IMG/VR virus record: IMGVR_UViG_3300044980_000168
Coordinates: 1-50,181 of that record
From: a virus
Taxonomy: Duplodnaviria; Caudoviricetes
DNA length: 50,181 nucleotides
Direction: 5' to 3' (one strand)
Shown: piece by piece, positions 27,850-37,385 of the stretch
How positions within the stretch are numbered: the stretch's first letter is position 1
Layout: every line of letters starts with the position of its first letter
Notes under the pieces: model-generated
The model's input: the letters and a program-made list of their open reading frames with translations, nothing else
What the model was told of the DNA's origin: nothing
Databases searched by the model: none
Position numbers and translations under genes: made by a program

Positions 27850-28269
27850 TTAGGTGGGTAGGCCCGTATTCAACATGACGATCTGCATGCGGAGAAAATC
27901 TCCTACGAGCGGATCTGCGAGCGAGCCTGAGACGGAATACTGGAACCCGAAAGTCCAGGCTCCAATGGGAGCTGTCGCCGTGGCAACAGTGAGCTGCACT
28001 GCAGCCGGGTACTCCTGCACGACAACGGTCTGAGCTCCTGTCGCCTGCATCGGAAACACCTTGAAATCAAGATGTGATGGATACCCATCGACAGACGTGA
28101 TGGTGTAGATCCCGGTGTTCGTGCGAGCTAGCGCGTTCCACCAAGTATTCTTTGGGTCTCCGTTGATACAGATAGGAGCCTTGCCAGAACCCTGGCCCTG
28201 AAACGTAAGCCAGAAGGGAGCTACTCCCTCCTGCATGCTGAACAGCGGATATTTGTTTCGAGATGCCAT
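27850..28269 (-). CDS. Virion protein (possible capsid decoration)
   Basis: AAGGA RBS; ARTNTGIYTIT beta-motif; follows the MCP. Confidence 0.65.
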   Translation of the reverse strand: MASRNKYPLFSMQEGVAPFWLTFQGQGSGKAPICINGDPKNTWWNALARTNTGIYTITSVDGYPSHLDFKVFPMQATGAQTVVVQEYPAAVQLTVATATAPIGAWTFGFQYSVSGSLADPLVGDFLRMQIVMLNTGLPT

Positions 28270-28298
28270 GTGTTTTCCTTGAAATGAGAGGGCTCCCG

Positions 28299-28334
28299 AA
28301 AAAAGTCCCTGCCGGAGGAGCGGCCGGCAGGGAC
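28299..28334 (-). terminator. Rho-independent terminator after the major capsid gene
   Basis: 11-bp stem GTCCCTGCCGG/CCGGCAGGGAC followed by T6 on the - strand. Confidence 0.85.
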
Positions 28335-28344
28335 CGAACCTCGC

Positions 28345-29598
28345 CTAGAAGGTGACGACGACCTGATGACCCGGAGCCGCGCAATACATCGTAGCTCGGT
28401 ATCCGAGCTGCGAAATGAATGCGTTGCTTCCTGGCTGGGGGATCCAGATGAGGCCCGTGGTCTCTTCGGTCAGGTTCTTGGGAACCTCACCCATGGACGG
28501 AAGAACCCATTCGTCGAGGTCGACGAGATAGGCATCGTTGTACAGAGGCCCGTTGCAATAGGGGTCCTGTACAAGCTTCACCGGCCCGGCTGGGCTGTTG
28601 ATGGTGATGCTCGGGAACGCGATGTCCGGGTTCTCGAACGCCGACTCGCTGGTGTAGATGACCTTGCCCGTGAGCGACTTCGAGAGCTTCCCGAACTCGA
28701 ACGGGTTGATCATCATGTGCCAGTTCTTGCCTCCGAACTTCGCACCCTGGAGGACGGCATCGATGAGGGTTTCCTCCATCGGCTGGCTGTTGCCGTTGAT
28801 GTACACGCCCGCGAGTCGAACCGGGTCCGTCGAGCGGTTGACGTTGTTGAAGTTGTCGGTCGCGGTCGGACGGTTTGCGCTGTCCGGCAGCCACCCGGCG
28901 AGCCCCGGCATGTAGTTGCCGAAGTCACCCTGGTTGAAAAGGTAGCAAGCGGTCGTGAAACCCTGGATGCCAGATGCCCACGCCACGTTCGCGGTGAGCG
29001 CGCCTGTGATGAGGTTGACCGCCACGAGGGTGACCGCGCCCGACAGCGGAGTGCCCGTGGTGCCGTTCGTGAGGGCGGCGTTGATGATCTGGTTCTTCTG
29101 GAAGTTGACCGCCTGGTTGACGTTCGTGAGGACGATGGTGTCGCCCGCGACGTAGGTCGTGGTCGCAGCCACACCGTTCACGAGACCGATAGCGCCTCCG
29201 CCGTTCCCGTAAAGGGTGCGGCCTAGTTGCTGGCCAAGGGCCTTGTAGCCGTTGTCCATCTCCTGGGTGATGGCCTTGACCATCGCGCCCTTGTCGGTGC
29301 GAGTCTGGTCAATCGCGATACCAGAAAGGTTCGCGGATGCGAAGCCCTGCTTCCACTGACACACGAAACGCTCGTAGCTGGATGCGCTACCCGCGGTGAA
29401 GGCCAGGGTGTCCTGAGAGCTCACGCTCGTGAGGACGGAGTTGCCGATTGCCCCTGTGTACTGCAGACCACCGCCTCCGGGCCACTTCGGAATCATCCCG
29501 ACGAAGGGTGACTCGAAGGCCAGAATCTCGATGTCCTTGGGGGTGTAGATCTCCTTGGAGATCTGATTTGCTGCGGTTACGTCAAAAACGAAGCCCAT
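28345..29598 (-). CDS. Major capsid protein (HK97 fold)
   Basis: 417 aa after portal and scaffold; LGRTLYGNGGG, GLAGWL, GPVKLVQDPYC; strong codon bias; terminator follows. Confidence 0.88.
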   Translation of the reverse strand: MGFVFDVTAANQISKEIYTPKDIEILAFESPFVGMIPKWPGGGGLQYTGAIGNSVLTSVSSQDTLAFTAGSASSYERFVCQWKQGFASANLSGIAIDQTRTDKGAMVKAITQEMDNGYKALGQQLGRTLYGNGGGAIGLVNGVAATTTYVAGDTIVLTNVNQAVNFQKNQIINAALTNGTTGTPLSGAVTLVAVNLITGALTANVAWASGIQGFTTACYLFNQGDFGNYMPGLAGWLPDSANRPTATDNFNNVNRSTDPVRLAGVYINGNSQPMEETLIDAVLQGAKFGGKNWHMMINPFEFGKLSKSLTGKVIYTSESAFENPDIAFPSITINSPAGPVKLVQDPYCNGPLYNDAYLVDLDEWVLPSMGEVPKNLTEETTGLIWIPQPGSNAFISQLGYRATMYCAAPGHQVVVTF

Positions 29599-29636
29599 AG
29601 TTGGAGAGCCCTAAACTTGAGGTTTGCCCCGCCGAT

Positions 29637-30836
29637 CTACCCCTGACGTCGGTACATCTCGGTCAACTTCGCAATGCGTTGGGCTCGCGAAAGGTTGGCG
29701 AAATTGTCCGGTCGTGCAGGAGCGCCCGAACTCATTGAGTTCGTCGTCGTGCGAGGTGCTTCAGGCCTGGACTTGCTGGTGCCTGCGGGCGCCGTTTTCT
29801 GGGGCGTCTTCGCTGCAGGAGCCTTCGGATTCGGGGCGGCGGTCTTCGGTTTCGCCCGTTCGAGCTGCCAATCCATGTACTCCAGGATCTTGTGATCCGG
29901 GATTTCAGGGATGACGCCCTTGTTCTTGAGATACCAGTCCCTTGACTCCTTCGCAACTTCCTTCCCCCAGGAGAGGATGGCGCTCTTCGGCATCCCTTTC
30001 AGGTTGGGGTAGCGCGGGTCGCCACTCTTCGAAGCAGCTTTCGCTGCATTGACGAAATCCGATTCGACGGCCGAGCGCGCTGCAGTGTCTTTTTCGGCTC
30101 GAATCGACTCCTCAAGCTTCTGAGCTCGCTCCTCGGCCCTCTTGACCATCTCGGCCATCGCCTCGAACTTGGCCTCGGGGGTGCCCTCCCTGATGGCAGC
30201 CGCCACAAGTTGCTCAGGCGACAGATTGTGTTCCTTGAGTGCATTGAGAGGGTTCGAGAGTACTTTCTGCCGAAACTCCGCACCCGAACGAGCCTGCGCC
30301 TCAAGCTGGGCGGCTCGCTGTTTCATACCTGCAAGCTCCCCATTCACCCTTGCAATCTCGGCCCTTCGAGCGCGGTCGCGGGATGCCCCGAGACGTGCCG
30401 CTCGAGCAGCCTTTTCGATGCGCTCAAGTTCAGAGGTAGGGCTACCCGTTGCTGCTTTCCCTGCAGGTACCGCCTCCGTATCGGCGACCGTACCGTCATC
30501 CGTGCCTTCTACTTGGGCGTCATGCTCGGCTGCCACAGGTGAGCGTTCGCGACCCTTCGCCATGAGCTCCTCGAGCGACGGCGGCCGGAACTCACGGGCG
30601 GCCTCGGCAGCTTCCTCCGTGGTCTGTCCTTCGATCTTCTCCATGACCGACTTCGCGCGGTCTAGCCGGCTGTTCTTCCAGTCCTGGCTGATCTGCTGTG
30701 GGGTCTTCCCCGGACCATGGGTATAAGTGACTTGGGCCTTGGGGTCCTCTCCACCAGGCGTGGTCTGACCTGCGGGGACGAAGACTTCGTTGGCTGCTGA
30801 GGGGCTTCCGGTGATCGACGTATCTGATTCGAGCAT
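29637..30836 (-). CDS. Capsid scaffolding protein
   Basis: Charged coiled coil between portal and MCP, short basic C-terminal helix. Confidence 0.75.
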   Translation of the reverse strand: MLESDTSITGSPSAANEVFVPAGQTTPGGEDPKAQVTYTHGPGKTPQQISQDWKNSRLDRAKSVMEKIEGQTTEEAAEAAREFRPPSLEELMAKGRERSPVAAEHDAQVEGTDDGTVADTEAVPAGKAATGSPTSELERIEKAARAARLGASRDRARRAEIARVNGELAGMKQRAAQLEAQARSGAEFRQKVLSNPLNALKEHNLSPEQLVAAAIREGTPEAKFEAMAEMVKRAEERAQKLEESIRAEKDTAARSAVESDFVNAAKAASKSGDPRYPNLKGMPKSAILSWGKEVAKESRDWYLKNKGVIPEIPDHKILEYMDWQLERAKPKTAAPNPKAPAAKTPQKTAPAGTSKSRPEAPRTTTNSMSSGAPARPDNFANLSRAQRIAKLTEMYRRQG

Positions 30837-30851
30837 GAGAGTGCTTTCGGG

Positions 30852-32864
30852 TTATGCCGCCACGACTTGACGGGGCGGAGGTCTTCCAGGTGCAAGGGGT
30901 CCTCCGGGCGCGGAAGGTCCGGCCGAAGGTCGAATGAGTCCTCCAGGACCTCCTGGTCCGGGTGCGCCAGGAGGTGGCGGCGGGGGCGCAGGAACTCCAG
31001 GAGGTTGCTGTCCGGCCGGAACATTCGGAGCCACGAGAGGCGCCGAGTGATTCTGCAAGATGAAGAAAGCCTGGGTGATCCAGCGATCGAGGAGCTCCAG
31101 TCGCTCTTCCGGACAGCCCGCGATCTTCGCCTTGAGGTATCCAAGCTGCATGAGCTGGATGGCCTCGCCCGGCTGTGCAGGGCCTTGTGGCCCGGCCGGC
31201 GTGCCTAGATCCATGAAGGGCTCGGGGCCGAGGTATTCCCCGCCGCTGAGAATCTGGTGCTGAATCTTCATCACCAGGTCGTAAGAGGCGTTCTCCAAAG
31301 AGTTCAAGGCATCCAGGTCTGGGTTGTCCATCAGTCGACGACCCTGCTTGTCGGTGATGAGCTTCGCCACCATCCAGTCGGTAACCTGCTGCGTCCTCGC
31401 TGCAGGATCGTCCGCCAGAGCGTTCGTGGGCTCGAGCATGAGTTCGAACTCGCTCTCCTCCAGACCTCCTGTGTCCGCCCATGAAACAGCTTTCATCACC
31501 CCGCGGCCTGCGGCCTTCACGTAGAACGTGTCGTCCATGTCCCGAGCGGTAGCGATGATCTGTCGGCCAAGCCGGATAAAAAAGTGCTGGTACTCCTGAT
31601 AGGAAGGCTTGAACCGCTGGCTTTGGATGTCCGCGTAGACCAGCAGCGCCTTGCCCGAGTTGAGACCTGCGGGCTTCTGACTCTGCGCGCTCTGCTGGGA
31701 AATGCCGATGGTCTCAAAGCACCTCTGCCAGAGCTGCTGAAGATAGTTGATGGTCTGGTCAGGTACGGGGGGTGGAGCGACGTATTCCGGAGCCGTGCCT
31801 CGATAGCGGATGAAGCCACCGATGCGGTCCGAGATGGTGCCTGTGTTGACCTCGGTGGAGTTCTCGATGAGGTAGTGCCCCACGACGAGGTTCTGAGCTC
31901 GCTGGATGTCTCGAAGGAGCTTGTTCACCGCCAACTGCAGGCCGGAGAGCTCCTGGCCCAAGGAAATGCCCCACATTCCTTCGGACGGTTGCTGCCGGTA
32001 AAGAAACTCGAACGGGAAGGAGTCTCGATCCCATTCCTCTTCGAAGAGCGTCACGCTGCCTGAACAGATGACATGCAAGCCGGGCATGTCCTCGGCCGTC
32101 TTGCGTCGCCAGGCCTCAACCACCAGGACGTAGTCCCCGCCCGTCGCGAGATGGGTAGAGCCATTCGCCAATACGGCGAGGTCTCCCGCACCAGAATCGA
32201 GTTCCCTAGCGAGCTTCGGGTAAAGCTCCTGGAGGACGAGCTTGTCTACCCTTTTCACCTGGTAGATGCACTGAGGGTCTCCGTAGATGGCATCGTCTGG
32301 GTCGACAAGTACCTCCGTGGGCGACACCCGCTCGATGCGAATGTGCGTTTTCTTCGGACGTTCATCGGAGATCTTCACAATCCCCGTGCCCATCCGGACA
32401 ACGTCGTAGTTCACCAGATTGGCGGTCCGGTAGATGTCGTTCTCGTTGAAGACACCCTTGATGAACTTCTCGAGATTCGAAGCCTTTTGCTGCAGGTCCC
32501 AATCCCCGTCGTCCGTGACAACGGAGACCTTCGGACGGTCCGCCGTCACCATCGCGACGTATGTATCTGAGACGGCTTTGACCGCGTTGAGAGCTAGCGG
32601 CGCAGGACGGTTATTCGCCTGGGTGAAATTGCGGCTCCTCGGCGAGAAGCTCATTTGAGTCGCCAGATAGGGATCGTTCGCATAGAGACCGGCCCAGCGA
32701 TAGCACCCCTGCCGGTAGGGCTCAGCATCCCGATACAGTTGAGCAACCAAAGATATGACGCACTGCGCTCGTTCGCGCGGCTTCGCATACTTTTCGCTCC
32801 ACCAACGCTTGTCCTCGTCGGTGCTGCTTTCGGTCGGGTGTATGAGTCTACGTCGTGCCACCAA
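30852..32864 (-). CDS. Portal protein
   Basis: 670 aa after TerL; GTGIVKI, RVSPTEVLVDP, WGISL..EL..LQ, ETIGISQ..SGKA motifs; Pro-rich tail. Confidence 0.88.
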   Translation of the reverse strand: MVARRRLIHPTESSTDEDKRWWSEKYAKPRERAQCVISLVAQLYRDAEPYRQGCYRWAGLYANDPYLATQMSFSPRSRNFTQANNRPAPLALNAVKAVSDTYVAMVTADRPKVSVVTDDGDWDLQQKASNLEKFIKGVFNENDIYRTANLVNYDVVRMGTGIVKISDERPKKTHIRIERVSPTEVLVDPDDAIYGDPQCIYQVKRVDKLVLQELYPKLARELDSGAGDLAVLANGSTHLATGGDYVLVVEAWRRKTAEDMPGLHVICSGSVTLFEEEWDRDSFPFEFLYRQQPSEGMWGISLGQELSGLQLAVNKLLRDIQRAQNLVVGHYLIENSTEVNTGTISDRIGGFIRYRGTAPEYVAPPPVPDQTINYLQQLWQRCFETIGISQQSAQSQKPAGLNSGKALLVYADIQSQRFKPSYQEYQHFFIRLGRQIIATARDMDDTFYVKAAGRGVMKAVSWADTGGLEESEFELMLEPTNALADDPAARTQQVTDWMVAKLITDKQGRRLMDNPDLDALNSLENASYDLVMKIQHQILSGGEYLGPEPFMDLGTPAGPQGPAQPGEAIQLMQLGYLKAKIAGCPEERLELLDRWITQAFFILQNHSAPLVAPNVPAGQQPPGVPAPPPPPPGAPGPGGPGGLIRPSAGPSAPGGPLAPGRPPPRQVVAA

Positions 32865-32895
32865 AGCATCCGAAAGGATGCGGAGAAGAGCGCGC

Positions 32896-33213
32896 TTAGC
32901 TTACAGATGCGTGCAAGAGTTCTTCATCATCGTCTTCTGTATCACGTCCGCCGTCCTGACGGACGATAGGTCTCAAAGGCTCGTCGGATGGAGCCATGAC
33001 AGTCCCTCGTGCCAGCGCGGTAGGGGAGATGAGGAGCCGGGTATCTCCCGAAGCCATATCGTGACATCCGAGCTCTCGCATAACGGTCAAGAGAGCTCGA
33101 AGTTCCGAGGGGGTGATTCGTGGACGGGAACCCGCCTGGGTCGCGCCCACGAAATCAGAGCCCGAGATCGGGGGGTCAACATCTGGGCTCTGGTTTCGGG
33201 GGCGGGGCGGCAT
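32896..33213 (-). CDS. Small protein between TerL and portal
   Basis: ELRALLTVMRELG...DDDEELLHAS pattern. Confidence 0.65.
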   Translation of the reverse strand: MPPRPRNQSPDVDPPISGSDFVGATQAGSRPRITPSELRALLTVMRELGCHDMASGDTRLLISPTALARGTVMAPSDEPLRPIVRQDGGRDTEDDDEELLHASVS

Positions 33214-33227
33214 CGGTGCGTGTGCGC

Positions 33228-33266
33228 TTACGGAACTCAGTGCGTTACGGAACTCAGTGCGTTACG
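33228..33266. repeat. 17-bp tandem repeat (TTACGGAACTCAGTGCG x2 + partial) at the TerL stop
   Basis: Exact copies at 33228-33244 and 33245-33261. Confidence 0.85.
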
Positions 33267-34945
33267 TACCACGGTTCCCTAACAGCACCATACCACTCTG
33301 AGTCGAGGGGTTCATCCTGCCTCGGAAGGTAGGCGGAAGTCTCCGGGGCGAACTTCTCCCTCCCGGTCCATTCCTTGTCCTGCGAAAGTGCGTCCAAGCG
33401 CCTATTTTCGTAGGCTTGGATACGTGCAGCGGTCTCTGCCTTGATGAAATCCTCGCGAGAAAGTGGCTTTTTCTCCTCTGGGTTGACGATTTGCCCTGAT
33501 TTTTGGCTCAAAGCGAGCACCAACGCGCTCAAGATGTCGCCGTGACCTCCCGCCGTCGTCCGGGGGAAGGAAAACGTCATCCCTCCGCCGCTCGTGGGCC
33601 GTCCGACGAGCGTTTTCATCTGCTCGATGAGCCTCCGATGGTCCGGCAAGCGAACCCGGCCCTGCTGTAGGACCGTTTTGGTCTGCATGTGGGTCAGAGC
33701 TTTCCCTTCGGCCCCTCCGGGGGCCGGCACGTAGGACAGGCCCATCTTGGCGAGCTCCTCGTCGAGCGTTTCCCTGTAGTGCCCGTCCGCCATGAGCCAA
33801 TTACACCCATGGCGCTTGCATGCGTTGGCGAACTCCATGATGACTTCACTCGGCTTGAGCGGCTCGCCAATCTTTGGCTTGAGCTCGAGCACCTCTGCGA
33901 CGATGAAGATCTTGTCGGGGAGCAAGTAGACGACCACGAGGGCGGATGAATCCCTCCGGAAGCCCGTATCCGCCCCAATCATGACCTGCGCGCCAGGCGG
34001 AGGTCGAAGCGGGAGTACGAGGCTCTTGTCGATCGACTTGTCGATGGCGTCGTGCGAGAAAAACGTCCCCGCGAGCGCATCCATGAACTCGCAGCCGAAC
34101 TCTCTCGAGGCGTTCTGTTCGTCTCGTTCGATCTCGACCGCCACTTCCTTCTTCTTCGAAGGATTCAGGAGGATAGTTGGAGCTCGCGCAGCCATGACCG
34201 TCGCCGGATGCTGAAAATTGTCGCTGAAAAGCTTGTGCATGAGGCCGGTTCGAGCCCACGCAGTGCTCGCCAGCACGACCTGTCCCCCTGGGATGATACG
34301 AGGCGTCACCGCACGGAAGATCTCGGCATCGTTGACCTCGAAGTTGTCGTTCCGGAAGAACGCGAACTCATCAAGGGCCGCGCCCACATAGTAGCGAGCT
34401 CGAATAGCATCTCCTCCACGGGAGGCCGGAAGACATTCCAGCACCACGACCCGGGAATTCTCTCGCTGAATGACGAAAGACTCCTTCGTCTCGTTCGACA
34501 CGCGAAGCGCGAGAGACGGAACGGACTTCATCGCGCCCAGGGCGAAGCGAAAGGTCTGCCGGGAGAGCTTCAGTTTCGGGGCTACGATCAAGGCAGAAGC
34601 CCACTCACCCGGCGCCAGTGCGTCTAGGTTGACGGTCAGGGCCAGATGCAGAAGACGAAGCGCACAGAGGACGTACGATTTGCCACCACGGGCTCCGCAG
34701 AGCATGACCGCGACCGAACGGCACTTCTCAGGGAAGAACTGCACGCCTCCGAAGAGCTCGTCTGCGATCTTCGCGTACTTCTCAATCTTCCGGAACTGCC
34801 GGGGGTTGGCTCCGTCGTACGCCACCATGCACAGAACCATCTGCGCGTCCGTAAGCTTCACCCCGATGAAAGCACAAAAGTCGACAAACTTTGCCGGCAT
34901 CTGCTCAAGCTGAGCGAAGGGGTTGAGCTTCTTCGGACCGGGCAT
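33254..34945 (-). CDS. terL: Terminase large subunit
   Basis: Walker A GARGGKS, Walker B AALDEFAF, motif III LAST, nuclease GADTG and HGDIL; TGATG-coupled start at 34945. Confidence 0.93.
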   Translation of the reverse strand: MPGPKKLNPFAQLEQMPAKFVDFCAFIGVKLTDAQMVLCMVAYDGANPRQFRKIEKYAKIADELFGGVQFFPEKCRSVAVMLCGARGGKSYVLCALRLLHLALTVNLDALAPGEWASALIVAPKLKLSRQTFRFALGAMKSVPSLALRVSNETKESFVIQRENSRVVVLECLPASRGGDAIRARYYVGAALDEFAFFRNDNFEVNDAEIFRAVTPRIIPGGQVVLASTAWARTGLMHKLFSDNFQHPATVMAARAPTILLNPSKKKEVAVEIERDEQNASREFGCEFMDALAGTFFSHDAIDKSIDKSLVLPLRPPPGAQVMIGADTGFRRDSSALVVVYLLPDKIFIVAEVLELKPKIGEPLKPSEVIMEFANACKRHGCNWLMADGHYRETLDEELAKMGLSYVPAPGGAEGKALTHMQTKTVLQQGRVRLPDHRRLIEQMKTLVGRPTSGGGMTFSFPRTTAGGHGDILSALVLALSQKSGQIVNPEEKKPLSREDFIKAETAARIQAYENRRLDALSQDKEWTGREKFAPETSAYLPRQDEPLDSEWYGAVREPWYVTH

Positions 34946-35208
34946 CAGAACATGACGTTGACCGTTCGGGATGGCTGCGTCGCAACATACGGCGCGACGA
35001 AAAACTCGTACTTGTGAGGGCCTTCCATGCACCTGTAGAGGACAACGTCCTCCGTACCTGCGAAGAACTCTTCAATGTTCTTGGGAGGCCGGGGCGTCGG
35101 ACCTGCGACGATCTCTGTCTTTGTGTTGAACAGAGACGGATCGCTCGGGATGTCGTTGCAAGGCCAGGCGATCCGATAGGGATTCCACGGAACCTGCTCC
35201 CAGTTCAT
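34945..35208 (-). CDS. Hypothetical protein
   Basis: Coupled ORF upstream of terL. Confidence 0.6.
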   Translation of the reverse strand: MNWEQVPWNPYRIAWPCNDIPSDPSLFNTKTEIVAGPTPRPPKNIEEFFAGTEDVVLYRCMEGPHKYEFFVAPYVATQPSRTVNVMF

Positions 35209-35293
35209 CGACGCACCTTCAGCTTGTCCAAGTCAGCCTTCGTCGGAGGCGCCGGGAGCATGAGTGGGGAGCCGGATCCCGATCGACGCCCGC

Positions 35294-35734
35294 TCACGTA
35301 CTCTTCCCCGACGCCTGCGCGATCATGGCGTCGACGTCGGGCTTCGCGCCGAGACCCTTTCCATACGCCGCAACTTCCTCGGCCGAAGGTCCGATGGCTT
35401 TGCTCTTCCGAGGTTCCTTCGGGACGACGAGCCCATCCTGGACACCCTCCTCTTCGGGGATCCAGTACACGGCTCGGCCCTTGTCCGCGCAGTGCCAGGG
35501 ACCATGCTTGCCGCCCTCCAGCTTCAGCGCGATGTAAAACGTCTGCTCCTCCTTGTCGAGCTCGATCTGGTACGCGGGAGCTCCACCGCCCTGAGGTCCC
35601 ACCGCACCGATGCCCGTGGACGTGTACCACTGCGAAGCGTCGTTGGCCGAAGCCTTGGCTCCGAAGTTCGCGGGCGGCTTCGGTGGCCCTGGCTGGATGA
35701 ACTGGACTGCGCTGCAGATGACTCGGTTGCTCAC
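35294..35734 (-). CDS. Hypothetical protein
   Basis: GGAG RBS and GTG start overlapping the upstream stop. Confidence 0.65.
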   Translation of the reverse strand: MSNRVICSAVQFIQPGPPKPPANFGAKASANDASQWYTSTGIGAVGPQGGGAPAYQIELDKEEQTFYIALKLEGGKHGPWHCADKGRAVYWIPEEEGVQDGLVVPKEPRKSKAIGPSAEEVAAYGKGLGAKPDVDAMIAQASGKST

Positions 35735-35844
35735 GGTTTCTTCTCCAAAAGACGTCGCGTGGTCTTGTAGGTCCACACGTACAGGAATGGGCTAGCGACG
35801 ATGCCGATGACGAAACACACACCGACGAAGAGTAAAACGGTCAT
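35731..35844 (-). CDS. 37-aa single-TM micropeptide
   Basis: AGGAAAG RBS; MTVLLFVGVCFVIGIVASPFLYVWTYKTTRRLLEKKP; GTGA coupling. Confidence 0.55.
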   Translation of the reverse strand: MTVLLFVGVCFVIGIVASPFLYVWTYKTTRRLLEKKP

Positions 35845-35856
35845 GATCGTTCTTTC

Positions 35857-36462
35857 CTACCCGCGTTCTTTCCTACCATACGTTTCATCGAGGGGCTTGT
35901 CCTCGAAGTTGGCGAAATAGCTGTAAGTCCAGTCTTTTGGGGGCGGTGGGAGCACGCGTTCGATGCGAAACTCCTTCTTGCCCTCCTTGTCGTACGAATC
36001 GAGCATCACCTTCTTGTGCAGAAGATTCCGCTTCGGCTTATGCGTGTAAATTGCGGTCATCGAAAGAAGATCTGCCAGGAGCGCCTTCGCGATTCCGAGC
36101 CTTCTGGATGAGCCTTTTACATACACATAATAGACTCGAGGAAGAGCCACGGGAGGCCCTCCAATGCTACGTGCGCGGCCGAAGGCCGGCTCCACGACGG
36201 CATACCCGTGGATGGCGTACGAGTCTTCGGCATCCGCCGCGATGCGGAGCTCCGTGGTAGGGCGGGCGAGGATGCGCCGGATAAGGTGCTTCTGCTCGAC
36301 GATGAAATTGGGTCCATGGTCTTCGCCGTTCGTGCTCGCCTGGTGAGCTCGATGCCATGTGTCGAACACGTAGGCGTGGTCGTCGGGTACACCGAGGCGT
36401 ACGGAGAAGAAAACCGGAGGGGCTTTTGTACCGGGAGAGATGGGCGGAGAAGGTTGGCTCAT
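35857..36462 (-). CDS. GNAT-family acetyltransferase-like protein
   Basis: IHGYAVV and YVYVKGSSRRLGIAKALL (acetyl-CoA binding motif A). Confidence 0.8.
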   Translation of the reverse strand: MSQPSPPISPGTKAPPVFFSVRLGVPDDHAYVFDTWHRAHQASTNGEDHGPNFIVEQKHLIRRILARPTTELRIAADAEDSYAIHGYAVVEPAFGRARSIGGPPVALPRVYYVYVKGSSRRLGIAKALLADLLSMTAIYTHKPKRNLLHKKVMLDSYDKEGKKEFRIERVLPPPPKDWTYSYFANFEDKPLDETYGRKERG

Positions 36463-36638
36463 CTTGTCCACGCAAGAGAAGGCTCTCCTACGGGCTCGAC
36501 GATGATGCTGAACTTCGCCAAAGGCGCCGTCTGCCGAGCTTGAAGAAGCTTCTCCTTCGCCTCTGCTTTCGATTCGCACCACCAGACCCCGCTAGGGAAG
36601 GATGGGGTCGGCGGGCCTTTTACTCCGTAACGAACCAT
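36459..36638 (-). CDS. 59-aa hypothetical protein, not in the ORF track
   Basis: ATG directly after the upstream TAG, TGA overlapping the GNAT ATG (MVRYGVKGPP...). Confidence 0.5.
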   Translation of the reverse strand: MVRYGVKGPPTPSFPSGVWWCESKAEAKEKLLQARQTAPLAKFSIIVEPVGEPSLAWTR

Positions 36639-36869
36639 CTAGCCCTCAGGCATCCAAGCCCCGACACCGAAATGCGGGATGTCATGCGCCGAAGCAGCCC
36701 AGCGCGCAGCATGTTCAGGACCCCAGAGCCACACGCGCTGATCTCGGTTGCGCGGGCACCAATCACCCTTCTGATGAGGCGCAGGAAATTCGTTCACCCG
36801 GCGAGCGAAGAGACCTAGGAGCGGACCGATGAGTGTCCAGCGCCGGGTGATGGCATGCGCGATAGTCAT
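36639..36869 (-). CDS. Hypothetical protein
   Basis: ATGA-coupled to groES. Confidence 0.5.
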   Translation of the reverse strand: MTIAHAITRRWTLIGPLLGLFARRVNEFPAPHQKGDWCPRNRDQRVWLWGPEHAARWAASAHDIPHFGVGAWMPEG

Positions 36870-37219
36870 TCAGCAACCGGCGTCACGATCCCGAGGATGT
36901 CTTCGTCCTTCAGGACCAGAAACTCATCATCCCGAGCTGAAGGGTCCGTGTTCAGACGAACCTTCCGCGTCGAGGCGAAGAACTCGAAGAGGACGACGTC
37001 CCCGGGCTTCACGCTCATGGGACGGCGGAGGTGTTCATCCGCGTTCTCTGTCACGAGCGGCTCTCCTGTCAGTCTCCCCGGCCCGACCGCCAGTACCTCA
37101 CCTTCCAGGGTCCTAGCCTGCGCCGTCTCGGGGACGTACAGCCCTCCCGGCGTCTTCTTCTCTGGGTCTTGACGCCGGACGAGGACGAAATCATGGCAGG
37201 GATCGAAGGACTTCTTCAT
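36866..37219 (-). CDS. groES: Co-chaperonin GroES/Cpn10
   Basis: P.HDFVLV, mobile loop KTPGGLYVP, GEVLAVGPG, VKPGDVVLF, LKDEDILGIV. Confidence 0.93.
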   Translation of the reverse strand: MKKSFDPCHDFVLVRRQDPEKKTPGGLYVPETAQARTLEGEVLAVGPGRLTGEPLVTENADEHLRRPMSVKPGDVVLFEFFASTRKVRLNTDPSARDDEFLVLKDEDILGIVTPVAE

Positions 37220-37262
37220 GCGGCAGGCCCATTCATGTGAGGGTTTTTAGCTTGAAAAGTGC

Positions 37263-37381
37263 CTCGGGTAAAGTGCGCTGCTTCCGTGCCTGACTTCGCT
37301 TAGTCGACGTCTTGCGACGGTAGGGATTTGCACCCTACATCTGGATCTTGTTGAGAGATAAGGAAACATCAACGACCCGAG
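37263..37381 (-). ncRNA. Y-RNA-like ncRNA 4 (YrlA-type, variant T/D loops)
   Basis: Terminal stem CUCGGGU/ACCCGAG, GUCGUUG motif, stem UGUUUCC/GGAAGCA; T-arm GUAGGG-UGCAAAU-CCCUAC, closed acceptor CGUC-GCAA-GACG, D-arm GACU-AAGCGA-AGUC. Confidence 0.8.
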
Positions 37382-37385
37382 TCAG

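Noticed and set aside
33228-33266. 17-bp tandem repeat as a regulatory element
   Set aside because: Most simply a local duplication of the terL stop region; no other copies seen.
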